DNA of 64,000 bases from a virus (taxonomy: Duplodnaviria > Caudoviricetes). The notes beneath the pieces were generated by a model, which was not told the origin of the DNA, did no database searches, and saw only the letters and a list, made by a program, of their open reading frames with translations. Made by a program: the position numbers and the translations under genes. Below are positions 10,715 through 20,777 of this stretch, piece after piece; position 1 is the first letter of the stretch; the number at the start of each line of letters is the position of its first letter. The stretch lies in the IMG/VR virus record IMGVR_UViG_3300035208_004396; one strand, written 5' to 3'.

Positions 10715-13357
10715 ATGGCGAACAGTACAAATTCATCTAATTTAGATTATACTAAGTTGACTCATTCTCAAATAGTAAACGATTTCATTCAACGAGTAAA
10801 AAATGATTCTAGATTTGCCAAATTATCTAATGCTTCGATATTCGTATTATTAACCGAAGCTGTTGCTGGTGTATTTGATATGTCAAATTATTATATTCAA
10901 CGTACTGCCGAAGAAAATTTCATAGACACTGCAAGATTAACTAGTTCTATAATAAAATGGTGTCATAATCTTTCATATCAACCTAGAAGACCTATACCGG
11001 CTCATGCTAATATAGCAGTTCAATTAAAAGGTCCACTACCTATTACTTGTAGTATAGGTGATGTTATTTGGTTCAATACTAATGATATAAACTTCACATA
11101 TTCGGATCATAATTACATATTCCAGAATTCTTATTCTTATACCTTAACTGCTAGTGATATTTCTAATGGTAAAAGTTCTACATGGTCTAAATTAATCAAA
11201 TATGCAATACCTAGTAAAATAAAAGATGGTTATATAGACTTAAATGGGGCAAAAGCATATAAAACAGGTGATCTTGAAGATGTTAAAGTGATTCAAGGTA
11301 CAAGAAAAACTACTACTATTAAAGCTAAAGATTATGTCCATAAAATGAGAAAACAATATCAAAAATATGATATTAACGATCTTAATTTCTCAGATTACAT
11401 TGGCGAACGGGATCCTTTTGCTATCAAAAATGATGTTATTTATCCGGCAAACGGGATTTGTAGAATCGGCTTAAGCAAAGATGTAAATAATCCTTATGAA
11501 AGAACTTTTAATATCGAATTAACTGATATTTATCTTAATTCTTCAGCATTAGCTTATAACGATTCGAATACTACACCAGAAAATCCACTTGATATTTGTA
11601 AGGTTTATTCTAATCAAGATAAAACTGTTAGAATTGAATTCGGTGATGGTGCTATTGCTTCTAACGGGTTCAATAATATAGAAGAAATATTAACAATTTC
11701 TTATTTGAGCACAGATGGTTATGTTGCAAATAAGTCGGGTTCAACAGGAGATCTGATAAAAACATCAAATAAGTTCTATTCTATCGGTACTAACATAACG
11801 AATGTAACTAATAATATTTCGTTTATTTTACAATCTGATATAGCAGGCGGATCTGATTTTGAAAGTGATGAAAAGATGAAAAGAAATGCTAAAATAGCAT
11901 TTTCAAGTCAAAATTCTCTTATTTCATTGCAGGATTATCAATCATTCTTGATGACACTTTCGGATCCTATTAATGTTCAACATGCTTCTGTTGTAAGCGA
12001 ATATAAAACAGAATCTAGCATTACTGGAGAACATCACGAGTTACAAAACGTTTTGCTTTATTCTATTACGAATTCATTTTACAGAAATTCTAAACCTTTG
12101 AATATATTCGATGATCAATATGATACTACGGCATATAGCAATTTAATGCTTTATGACAATAGAACCGAGTATCTCGATCATATTTTAGACACGTATCGCT
12201 TATATAAAGCACCTTATCAGTTCTATTTGACTCAATATGGTGATAATACGAGTTCGTTCAGGTCAAAATTACAGGATATCCAAGGACGAATCAAATATAA
12301 AACAGAAACTAGTTCTAGGTTATATAGTATAATTCCAATAGTTCATTACTTCGATATTGTAGGAAATATAAAAGTTAATAAAACGGCTGATATCGGAACA
12401 ATAAAAAATAACTTGGAAACAGAGATTACTGAATACTTTGACAAAAATGTAACATTTAACACAGAAGTTTATAAAGCCGATCTATCATCTAAAATTCTAA
12501 ATATTGATAATGTTGCAACAGCCACAATAGATATAAAACCATCTAATTTGCTAAAATCACCAGATGTAACTTATAATTTCATATATGGTACTAATTTCGA
12601 ATTGAAGTTAGTTAATTCAACATTAGAAAATAATTACAATATCTTATTACTAGATATAAACACATCTAATGGATCAATTATCAGTGCTGATTTATTAGCT
12701 AATAAAAGATTGAGTATCACCATTTATTATACTAATTCTGCTGGTGTACTGGCGAGTTATAATCTAAATATCATTCCTAAATCGGTAACTGAGTATAATG
12801 GAATAGTAACTATTGTTACACCTAACAATTTCGAAATAGATGGAACTATTAGTTCGGAAAATGAAATGGAATTGTTAGTTGCCGAAGAAGATGATTTAGC
12901 TAGTCTTAGTGCATTATCTCGGGATAGTGTTTATTCTACAGGTACTAACACTATACTAGGATCAGATGTATTAAAGGCTTTGACTAATTATCTTTCTAGC
13001 TTAGATACTAAAGTTACAGCTGATCGAGCAATACCATTGCCATATTATCTTTATGCTTATCCTAAATATGGTCATGCTGAAGAATATAAAAAATTATCTA
13101 ACTCGGATTATAATGTAGCAAAATTCTTATATGAAGGGCTAGATAATATAATAAAATCATTGAATATAACATTAGAATCAACTAATTTAACTAGTTCTAA
13201 TTGGATTATAGTAAATATGATGGTGAAAGATCTATATATGATATTGGCAGCAAGTTTAGCCGATAGCGTATTAGATGAAAATAATAACGTTGTAAATTAT
13301 TCTTTACCTAACGAAATACCAGTTTTCAGATTGAATCAACTTACTTATTCATATTAA
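10715..13357 (+). CDS. gp6: Baseplate wedge subunit (gp6-like)
   Basis: LDY...F, EENFIDTAR..SSI....L.Y.PR, IEFGDG, Y.STDG..AN, GG.DFES; start at 10709 or 10715 (the listed 10643 start overlaps the divergent gene). Confidence 0.85.
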   Translation: MANSTNSSNLDYTKLTHSQIVNDFIQRVKNDSRFAKLSNASIFVLLTEAVAGVFDMSNYYIQRTAEENFIDTARLTSSIIKWCHNLSYQPRRPIPAHANIAVQLKGPLPITCSIGDVIWFNTNDINFTYSDHNYIFQNSYSYTLTASDISNGKSSTWSKLIKYAIPSKIKDGYIDLNGAKAYKTGDLEDVKVIQGTRKTTTIKAKDYVHKMRKQYQKYDINDLNFSDYIGERDPFAIKNDVIYPANGICRIGLSKDVNNPYERTFNIELTDIYLNSSALAYNDSNTTPENPLDICKVYSNQDKTVRIEFGDGAIASNGFNNIEEILTISYLSTDGYVANKSGSTGDLIKTSNKFYSIGTNITNVTNNISFILQSDIAGGSDFESDEKMKRNAKIAFSSQNSLISLQDYQSFLMTLSDPINVQHASVVSEYKTESSITGEHHELQNVLLYSITNSFYRNSKPLNIFDDQYDTTAYSNLMLYDNRTEYLDHILDTYRLYKAPYQFYLTQYGDNTSSFRSKLQDIQGRIKYKTETSSRLYSIIPIVHYFDIVGNIKVNKTADIGTIKNNLETEITEYFDKNVTFNTEVYKADLSSKILNIDNVATATIDIKPSNLLKSPDVTYNFIYGTNFELKLVNSTLENNYNILLLDINTSNGSIISADLLANKRLSITIYYTNSAGVLASYNLNIIPKSVTEYNGIVTIVTPNNFEIDGTISSENEMELLVAEEDDLASLSALSRDSVYSTGTNTILGSDVLKALTNYLSSLDTKVTADRAIPLPYYLYAYPKYGHAEEYKKLSNSDYNVAKFLYEGLDNIIKSLNITLESTNLTSSNWIIVNMMVKDLYMILAASLADSVLDENNNVVNYSLPNEIPVFRLNQLTYSY

Positions 13358-14243
13358 TATCGACATATTCATCAAGATACTTAATATAAAGATCTAAAAT
13401 ATGCTGGAAATCTTCCCCATTTTTGGCATAATATCCCATAGCTCGGTCGTGGCCTCCACCTTCACCTACCTTAGTACTAATAAAGCTAAGAGGGATATCT
13501 TTACTTCGAATAGAGATCTTCAACTTACTTGGCCACACCATGATTAAATATTTTGGATTGAAATCTCGTTGAATATAATAAGATATCTCGGCAAGATGAT
13601 CGACTTCAATGATAAGCATCCCGTTTTTAAGATTTTGAATCGCTAATTTATCATATTCATCTGCCAGAGATTTAGCATAATTAGCTAGAAAATCTTCATC
13701 ATTTTTGTCTAATTTCAAACCAAATGCGAATTTCCAAATGAATTCATTGAAACCAAGATACCAATAAATAGCATTTAACTGGAAAGAAAGCTTATTTTTA
13801 AGAACCCAACGATCATAATCATCAGTAACATCAACTATTTGTTCGAGATAATCTATTTTGAAATACTTTTTATAAAAATCATAAGCTAGTTTAGCACCAC
13901 TTCTGCTTTCATCAATAAATACATTTTCTTTAATATTCAGACATTTTTTTGCTGTTGTATGATGATCCAAAACCAAAACTGGTTTACCTAAATCTTGAAA
14001 ATCTTTTACACTGGTAGTCTTATTAGGACAGAAATCGGTAAAAATAATGCAATCATAATTGGCAATATTATTCCTCGCATAATCCAAAGATTCTTGTTCT
14101 TTTTTATTATAATTGATCATTCGAACATTAATTATGTTATATACTTGTTTAAGAACAATAGCCGAAACGGCTCCATCTAGATCTATGTGAGTAAAATTGA
14201 GAACTTTCAAATCACGATTCAAGAAATAGGTATAATTTTCCAT
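13341..14243 (-). CDS. DHH-family phosphoesterase
   Basis: THIDLDG, TD, LDHH, D.YD.W, GGGH motifs. Confidence 0.9.
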   Translation of the reverse strand: MENYTYFLNRDLKVLNFTHIDLDGAVSAIVLKQVYNIINVRMINYNKKEQESLDYARNNIANYDCIIFTDFCPNKTTSVKDFQDLGKPVLVLDHHTTAKKCLNIKENVFIDESRSGAKLAYDFYKKYFKIDYLEQIVDVTDDYDRWVLKNKLSFQLNAIYWYLGFNEFIWKFAFGLKLDKNDEDFLANYAKSLADEYDKLAIQNLKNGMLIIEVDHLAEISYYIQRDFNPKYLIMVWPSKLKISIRSKDIPLSFISTKVGEGGGHDRAMGYYAKNGEDFQHILDLYIKYLDEYVDINMNK

Positions 14244-14252
14244 ATATTATAT

Positions 14253-14281
14253 AATATACTAAATTATTCAAGTTTTCTCAA
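14253..14281 (-). promoter_or_regulatory. Sigma70-type early/middle promoter
   Basis: Minus strand reads TTGAGA-17 nt-TATATT upstream of the DHH gene. Confidence 0.7.
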
Positions 14282-14283
14282 AT

Positions 14284-14309
14284 AAAAAACCCAGTTAAAA
14301 CTGGGTTTT
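14284..14309 (-). terminator. Intrinsic terminator after uvsX
   Basis: AAAAAACCCAGTT-AA-AACTGGGTTTT. Confidence 0.75.
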
Positions 14310-14313
14310 CATT

Positions 14314-15507
14314 TTAATTTTCCGGAACTTCTTTTTCTACTTCTATAGGTTCTGGTGTAGATGTATCTTGTTTCTTAGCTTCACGTCTAGCTTTTCTCGC
14401 AGCCCGTTCAGCCTTTTCAGCTTCACTGGCAATATTTTCATCTTCCAGTGTAGGTTCAGCTTTAACAACGTCTCTAGCCAAAGCATCGACATCATTATGA
14501 TAATTGTATTTACACTTGATGAAATCTGAAAATTTAGTATTAGTAAGCAAAGGTTTAACGAATTCTTCTGAGTAAGTTTCTTCTTCCTTGAAAGTTTTCG
14601 TTATTTCACCAGTAGTCTTATCCAAATCGATATCTACTCGATAATATGAACCCGGCTTATCTTTATTAACTACTCCGCTTTCTACTAAGTCATCTAGAAG
14701 GCCAAACCATCTATCAACACCGCGATCTACCATTATTCGGTACTTAACTTTACTGTTTTCGACCGCTTCACGTCCTTTCTTGATCACGGCATTACAGATT
14801 TTGCCCAATACTGTCTTAGTTTCATCATCCTTTACTTTAGCAGCACTATTTACCAAAACGATAGCATCTGAATTGAAATAGAGTTTTGATCCACCCGGAA
14901 TGTTTTTGGGGTCACCATACATTTGCAACGAAGCATAAGTGTGATTGATTACTAATACTGTAAAACCACAAGCATGCATGATGTTAGCTAACTCATTTTT
15001 GAATTTGCTTGTAGAACCCATATCGACTGTACTTGAGCCCTCTTCAGCTTTAGCCATCACCTGGGTCGATACAAGATCGCCCCAAGAATCAAGAAGAACG
15101 AACACATTTTCACGATCCTTCTTCTCTACATCTTTGGCGATATTGGTGAAAATCTCTTTAAGATCGGATATGATTTGAGTATCAAAAATACCTACGTCAT
15201 CCATATTTATCCCCAAAGCATTAGCTATTTTATAATCGAAAGCTCGTTCAGTATCAATTACGAAGCAATCCATTCCCGTACGAAATGCTTCTGCTAGGAA
15301 ATGTAACCCGATGATGGATTTGCCCATCGTACTATCAGCAGCAATTTCGCTGATAGCTCCTCTTTTAATGCCACTATTCATAATTCTACCCGAGAATAGA
15401 ATATCTATAGCTGGAATTGTGGATGAAATGAATGTATCTGGCTTCTTAATAGAGATCATGTCAGCCAGCTTCTTATTACGCATGATGCTCTTAACTAAAT
15501 TAGACAT
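14314..15507 (-). CDS. uvsX: RecA-like recombinase
   Basis: Walker A ADSTMGKS, IDTERA, LDSWG, INHTY, PGG..L.F. Confidence 0.92.
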   Translation of the reverse strand: MSNLVKSIMRNKKLADMISIKKPDTFISSTIPAIDILFSGRIMNSGIKRGAISEIAADSTMGKSIIGLHFLAEAFRTGMDCFVIDTERAFDYKIANALGINMDDVGIFDTQIISDLKEIFTNIAKDVEKKDRENVFVLLDSWGDLVSTQVMAKAEEGSSTVDMGSTSKFKNELANIMHACGFTVLVINHTYASLQMYGDPKNIPGGSKLYFNSDAIVLVNSAAKVKDDETKTVLGKICNAVIKKGREAVENSKVKYRIMVDRGVDRWFGLLDDLVESGVVNKDKPGSYYRVDIDLDKTTGEITKTFKEEETYSEEFVKPLLTNTKFSDFIKCKYNYHNDVDALARDVVKAEPTLEDENIASEAEKAERAARKARREAKKQDTSTPEPIEVEKEVPEN

Positions 15508-15634
15508 ATTTTACCTTTTTTAATAATAGATTCTTTGAAAATCTGAATCTAGAACGTGATTATATTTGAATATAGTTATATATTTTACTTATTTTCGTTG
15601 AAAATGACCATTTTAGTCACTTCATATATACAAT

Positions 15635-15790
15635 ATGAACGAAGAATTTTCTAATGGTGTAGTTAATACTGGTTTATCGACTGGAGTACCAACTGGCGGT
15701 ATAGGTAAGGGAGCTACGTGTCATCCCGTACCACATTTTCGTGATTTTTATAAGCGAAAGAAGAAAAAGGTAAAAAATGAAAATAAATAA
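15635..15790 (+). CDS. Unannotated 51-aa protein resembling the mature N-terminus of the major capsid protein, with a basic tail
   Basis: MNEEFSNGVVNTGLSTGVPTGGIGKGATCHPVPHFRDFYKRKKKKVKNENK; ATATATA-N4-ATG upstream. Confidence 0.75.
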   Translation: MNEEFSNGVVNTGLSTGVPTGGIGKGATCHPVPHFRDFYKRKKKKVKNENK

Positions 15791-16586
15791 CATTTATATT
15801 GATTTAGAAGGTGTTTTAGCTGATTTTTTATGTCAAGCCCATACTTACAATATGGTTAACAGCAAAGGTATAGCAGACTGGAATTCTATACGTGTTGCCG
15901 GTGCTTCATTTTGGCCTACTATGCCCTGGACAAAAAATGGAAAAAGCCTTTTTGATATTTTAGTTCATTTTTGCATAGAAAACAACATCAATTTATGCAT
16001 ATTAGCTATTGCTAATGATGATAGCATGAAATCTGGGAAAACAGATTGGATTAAGAACAATTTGCACATTAACTTGTTAAACGTTCATTTCGTTAAAACT
16101 GGTTTTGATAAATCTAGATTTGCCAATCCTTCTTCCGTATTAATAGATGATTTTTATAAAAATGTTGCTTATTTCAGAGCTAGACAAGGTTATGCGATAT
16201 TATATAAAAATAATCCAGATGACATTATAGTTCAACTCAATAATCTAGTTGCAGGAATAATTCCGGAAAAATATATCGCGGAAGCTATACATGACAAAAA
16301 AGTGATCCGAGATGGTAAAAAAGAGGTTAAAAAAGTAACCGATAGAAAAGGTTATCGTGTAGAATATGATAAAGTTACTAATCTACCTAAAGAAGTAAAA
16401 ATAACTACTAAAGAGAAATTAGCTAGGAAACAGGGTCAAAAAAGTGGCAGTTTGAAACGTTATGGTCAAATTAATGTTATGCAACAGAGACGAGAACGTT
16501 CATTTAAGATACGAGATATGCAAGGTCTGGCACATTACTCTGATAATCATGGTAAAATTATATTACCCAAATTAAAGGACGATTAA
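15777..16586 (+). CDS. HAD 5'(3')-nucleotidase-like domain fused to a basic C-terminal domain
   Basis: IYIDLEGVLADF, K..W, K..FA....VLIDD...N. Confidence 0.7.
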   Translation: MKINNIYIDLEGVLADFLCQAHTYNMVNSKGIADWNSIRVAGASFWPTMPWTKNGKSLFDILVHFCIENNINLCILAIANDDSMKSGKTDWIKNNLHINLLNVHFVKTGFDKSRFANPSSVLIDDFYKNVAYFRARQGYAILYKNNPDDIIVQLNNLVAGIIPEKYIAEAIHDKKVIRDGKKEVKKVTDRKGYRVEYDKVTNLPKEVKITTKEKLARKQGQKSGSLKRYGQINVMQQRRERSFKIRDMQGLAHYSDNHGKIILPKLKDD

Positions 16587-16589
16587 ATC

Positions 16590-17165
16590 ATGGCCGGTTT
16601 GACTAATTTTTTCAACATGAAATATAAATCTAATGCTAAATTTCTAGTTTATATAAAAATTGGCACCGGTGATAGATTGTTATTAACTACAGTAAAAGAT
16701 GTTACACTTCCTAAACTAACATTAGGTACATTAGAACTAAAATATGGTAATGTTAATGAAACTGTAATGATTCCGAAATATGGTACTGAAGATTTACAAT
16801 TAGACATCATGGAAGATAGTCATTTTTCTATATATTCTATGATAGTTGCATTAAAACATGAAAATTATGCCCCGTATGATTATGTTAATGCAGGTTATAT
16901 TGGTAGGGATGATGTTAATATAGAAGTTGATGAATTGTCTATGGATAATTCTAGAATTCTTATTAAACATATATTTAATAATTGTAAATTATCAAATAAT
17001 GATGCCTTAGTTTTGGATTATCAGAATACCGGCCCTACATTTTATAATATTTCCTTTGCATATCAAAAATATGTAATTCAATACACAACGGATAATACTA
17101 TGATAAACGATCCATCTTTTCAAAAAAGTATAGTGGATGCTAAACCTATACTAAGTAAATCATGA
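16590..17165 (+). CDS. Tail tube-like protein (gp19/gp54 fold)
   Basis: V.LPK......, L.L...ED, C.......LDY......F.ISF.Y pattern. Confidence 0.6.
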   Translation: MAGLTNFFNMKYKSNAKFLVYIKIGTGDRLLLTTVKDVTLPKLTLGTLELKYGNVNETVMIPKYGTEDLQLDIMEDSHFSIYSMIVALKHENYAPYDYVNAGYIGRDDVNIEVDELSMDNSRILIKHIFNNCKLSNNDALVLDYQNTGPTFYNISFAYQKYVIQYTTDNTMINDPSFQKSIVDAKPILSKS

Positions 17166-17608
17166 ATGATTTTTTCCCCGCAACATTGATTACAAATGGT
17201 CATTTTTATGGATTTCAATACAATCCAGCTAATATAGTGCCGAATTATGATGCTTTTCCTCTGATTTATTGTGTTGGGCCATCTTTGACCAATATAAACA
17301 ATATTCGTGGTTTGAATTTACATCATATTCCTAGAACTCAAAGATTTGAATTTTTAAAGAAAATGGAAAAGGAGTACAATTTCACGAATAAATCTCGTTG
17401 TGTTTTGACAGATGACCAATTAAATAGATTATTACCAGGTGTTATAGTAGCAATACGTGAATATAGTAGAAAAAGAATGTGTCAAGTATTCGAAATTTAT
17501 AATAAATCTATGCCCAAATTCATATATTCGGATGGAAATATAAGGCAATGTATTCCCGATCGCGAAGTTATAGATTATTTTGCTAAAAGCAATAATGCTC
17601 ACGTATGA
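17162..17608 (+). CDS. gp2: DNA end protector protein (gp2-like)
   Basis: F.Y.P....YD.FPL.......GLNLH.IP...R signature. Confidence 0.75.
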   Translation: MNDFFPATLITNGHFYGFQYNPANIVPNYDAFPLIYCVGPSLTNINNIRGLNLHHIPRTQRFEFLKKMEKEYNFTNKSRCVLTDDQLNRLLPGVIVAIREYSRKRMCQVFEIYNKSMPKFIYSDGNIRQCIPDREVIDYFAKSNNAHV

Positions 17609-18132
17609 GTGAGAATCTTTCCTAATTCAGAATTGATTTTCTTTACCGAATATAACATAGAAGTAGTTTTAGCATTAGATAGCGCATTTTGTAATCTCAT
17701 ATCACCATTGGCACTCTTAATCCAACTAGAAGTAGAAAAATAAGATAATTTATACCGTAACCATTCTCTAAGTTTAGCCATTAATAGATCCAAATTAGAT
17801 ATCGAATCTTCTTCTTCTGATGTTTCTGGTTCTCTGATTAAATTCCCATTTTTGTCAATCAAACCTAGTTTATAAGCTTTAGTTTGAGTTGGTATAGTCA
17901 TTAAAGACTTTATGAATATGAAAACTAATATATTATCAATCTCTCTACTATGAGTCATCATATTCAATCTTTTATTAGGATCGTTAAGCTTCTCGGAAAT
18001 TAGATTTAAATCCGCATGATATGAACAGTAAAGATTACAATTATTATACAATTTCTGAATGAACTTCAGTCCGCTAAGTTCTGAATCGACTAAACTATTC
18101 AATTTTTCAAAAACGAACTGATCTGTATCCAT
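17599..18132 (-). CDS. Conserved T4-like phage protein (AYKLGLID..G motif)
   Basis: FIK.L..P...AYKLGLIDKNG motif. Confidence 0.55.
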   Translation of the reverse strand: MDTDQFVFEKLNSLVDSELSGLKFIQKLYNNCNLYCSYHADLNLISEKLNDPNKRLNMMTHSREIDNILVFIFIKSLMTIPTQTKAYKLGLIDKNGNLIREPETSEEEDSISNLDLLMAKLREWLRYKLSYFSTSSWIKSANGDMRLQNALSNAKTTSMLYSVKKINSELGKILTHT

Positions 18133-18133
18133 A

Positions 18134-18559
18134 TTACTTGAAATTTTTCATTAAACTTATTTCGTGATCGTATTCGGTAATGGCATCAGTAAAAAGCTTA
18201 TTGATACTAGAATTATCCTTATATTCATCTTGAACCATCAATGTTTTATCTCTGAAATTAGATAAATCTGATAAAACGGAATTCTTATCGAATTTAGTTA
18301 ATGTTGGCATATCTATATCACCAAAATCGAATTTTGTTTTACCAATACCAACTTCAGTAATAGTATCAGGAAATTCTCTTAACATATTATAAATCTTATT
18401 CAAATGTATGTGTTGTGCATCAGTTTCACAAGTCCAATGCCAAACATTCACCTTAACTGAAAATAATAACGTTTCGATACAATAATCAAACAAATCACGG
18501 TATTCTTCGTTAGCTTCTTCTTTAAGATATTCTGTAAAATCGGTTAATTTTTTATCCAT
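18134..18559 (-). CDS. Ferritin/Dps-like four-helix bundle protein (DUF5856-like)
   Basis: HW.....QH..L...Y.......D...E motif; upstream TATAAATA and AGAGG. Confidence 0.6.
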   Translation of the reverse strand: MDKKLTDFTEYLKEEANEEYRDLFDYCIETLLFSVKVNVWHWTCETDAQHIHLNKIYNMLREFPDTITEVGIGKTKFDFGDIDMPTLTKFDKNSVLSDLSNFRDKTLMVQDEYKDNSSINKLFTDAITEYDHEISLMKNFK

Positions 18560-18595
18560 TTTTAAGCCTCTAATGTTATTTATAAGATTTGATCT

Positions 18596-18634
18596 CAAGA
18601 AAACCGCTATGTCTTTAGCTTATGGGTGATTCAC
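18596..18634 (+). mobile_element. Remnant right end of an IS200/IS605-IS607 (tnpB-type) element
   Basis: CAAGAAAACC...GTCTTTAGC...GGGTGATTCAC resembles typical tnpB element right ends; no transposase present. Confidence 0.45.
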
Positions 18635-18640
18635 TATGTT

Positions 18641-20104
18641 TCATAACATCACATCATATTCGTTTATTTCGAACGAATTATCTTTATAATACTTCTTTCT
18701 TTCGGCATATTGCTTCAAAATTTTATTCTTATGTATAGTACCATTCTTATTTTTATAAGACAAGTCATCAATAATATCGAATACAACCACTTTTTCTTTA
18801 GTCTCCGTTCTTCTTAAGACTCGACCAATACTTTGCAACACTTCAATTTTAGATTTACTATTAGAATACATGATGAGACAATTAAGCTTCTTTATGTTAA
18901 CACCTGTACTCATTGTCTTATAAGTAGCTAAAATAATACAACCTTCGGAATTTTCAATCGAAGTTCTGATGTTTTCACGATCTTTAACACGAACAGCCCC
19001 GGTTACAACATTGATATTGAATTCAGGGAAATTCGATTCAATATAAGATTTAGTCATTTTAAGATGTTCGAGATGATGAAAAAGTATCAATGTGTTATAT
19101 TCTTTCTTGATTCGGCCGAGAATAAAACCTAATCCTTTCACATTACGATTGGGATATTCTTCGCACATTTTAACTTCTTCGGGATAAGATCTATCTATAT
19201 TTTGCTTTATGAAATCTAAAGGATATTTGAAGAATAAAGCCCCGATTTTCAAATCGGCTAAGATTTTAGCATCTTGTAATGTTTTAGTATCGATTTTATA
19301 AATTACAGGTCCAAGAGCACCCATAATCATAGTACATTCGGACTTATCTTTTGGCATAGTACCAGTAGTGCCGATTCGATATGAAGCATTTACACATAAT
19401 TCCGCTATACTTTTCAACACTTTAGCTTTACTATTATGACATTCATCTATAAACAAGGCATCATATTTTCTAAAAAATTCTACATCTTTATCCATCAGAG
19501 ATTGCCATGTAGAAATCAACAATGGTTTATCATAAGTTGGTTTCTTCCCAGCATACAATATTTCCAAAAATTCATCACTGCCGTAAGACTTAAAATCACT
19601 TCTCATCTGTTCAACAAGTGTAGTATTTGGCACAATAAGTAAACATTTCTTCACATTCTCACTTAATAATATTCTAATCATTTGATAAAGTATCAAGGAT
19701 TTACCTGATCCAGTTGCACATTCCAATACACCATTTCTATGAATTAATGCCGATTTCAAAGCATCTACTTGATAATCTCGCAGTTTCAAATTAGAAAAAC
19801 TAACTAATTTAGCATCTAATTCGGTAGTATTTATCGTGTTATCTGGCAAAAAACCAGTCAATTTCAATTCAATTTCGTTAGTCGAACAAAACTCTTTTAA
19901 TTTATATAATAGACCATAAGGTATCGTATGATTTTTCTTGTTGAAAAATCGAATTTTACCATCCCAAATATGATTCTTATATTTCGGATTAAATAGATAT
20001 CCTTTTGCATAAACTGAAAAATATGAGTATAAATGTGTATACATAACTGGATCATCACTATTAATCGTGATTGTACTATAATCTTCGAAATATGCTTCTA
20101 TCAT
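18641..20104 (-). CDS. uvsW: SF2 DNA helicase UvsW
   Basis: WDGKIR, LRDYQ, ATGSGKS, DECH, GTTGT, QSIGR.LR; start placed at 20104 (TATATT-N6-ATG). Confidence 0.95.
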   Translation of the reverse strand: MIEAYFEDYSTITINSDDPVMYTHLYSYFSVYAKGYLFNPKYKNHIWDGKIRFFNKKNHTIPYGLLYKLKEFCSTNEIELKLTGFLPDNTINTTELDAKLVSFSNLKLRDYQVDALKSALIHRNGVLECATGSGKSLILYQMIRILLSENVKKCLLIVPNTTLVEQMRSDFKSYGSDEFLEILYAGKKPTYDKPLLISTWQSLMDKDVEFFRKYDALFIDECHNSKAKVLKSIAELCVNASYRIGTTGTMPKDKSECTMIMGALGPVIYKIDTKTLQDAKILADLKIGALFFKYPLDFIKQNIDRSYPEEVKMCEEYPNRNVKGLGFILGRIKKEYNTLILFHHLEHLKMTKSYIESNFPEFNINVVTGAVRVKDRENIRTSIENSEGCIILATYKTMSTGVNIKKLNCLIMYSNSKSKIEVLQSIGRVLRRTETKEKVVVFDIIDDLSYKNKNGTIHKNKILKQYAERKKYYKDNSFEINEYDVML

Positions 20105-20132
20105 GATTAGAATATAGTAAATAAATATGTTT

Positions 20133-20744
20133 ATGAGTATCGAATCTCCATTTTTGCCATTAAGCAATAGTTCTAATTTCCAGACTGTTATAGGTATGTC
20201 TGCTTATGTTAATAACTCTACTTTATCAAATTATGCTACTATTTCGAGCTTATCAAGTATAAATTCGGATATATCAACTTTAAATTCTAATTTGAACACA
20301 ACTAACTCAAATTTATCCAACTTGAGTTCTAGTTTATCAGGATATCAATTGACTGAAAATATGATATCCTATCTCACTAGCGGAAGTTTATCATCATTAA
20401 ATTCAAATGTTTCGAGTTTAAATTCAAATTTATCCAACTTGAGTTCTAGTTTATCTGCCTATCAAGAAAAAGGATCATATTTATCGGCTAGCGAAAGTAT
20501 TAATCTATTATATAAAGATAATCTCAGTGCTGGTCCAGGCATAAATATAACAACTTTAGAGGATAAAACTCAAATAAATGTTCCTTCTGCTAATCTATAC
20601 CTATTAGGTCTAAAAGCATCGGCTACATCAACTGCTTCCCTATTAACTAATCCAGTCGGTGTATATTTCGATGTATTGACTGGATCTAGCGGAACTTTAT
20701 CAGCTAGTTTCATAGACAACCATTTATATTTCTTAGTTTCATAA
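20133..20744 (+). CDS. Ser/Asn-rich coiled-coil fibre-like structural protein
   Basis: Internal repeat NSNLSNLSSSLS.YQ twice; LSAGPGINI fibre motif; ATAAATA-N5-ATG. Confidence 0.55.
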   Translation: MSIESPFLPLSNSSNFQTVIGMSAYVNNSTLSNYATISSLSSINSDISTLNSNLNTTNSNLSNLSSSLSGYQLTENMISYLTSGSLSSLNSNVSSLNSNLSNLSSSLSAYQEKGSYLSASESINLLYKDNLSAGPGINITTLEDKTQINVPSANLYLLGLKASATSTASLLTNPVGVYFDVLTGSSGTLSASFIDNHLYFLVS

Positions 20745-20769
20745 AAAAACCGGATTAAATCCGGTTTTT
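20743..20769. terminator. Bidirectional intrinsic terminator
   Basis: AAAAAAACCGGAT-TAA-ATCCGGTTTTT between convergent genes. Confidence 0.85.
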
Positions 20770-20777
20770 CTTTTATT

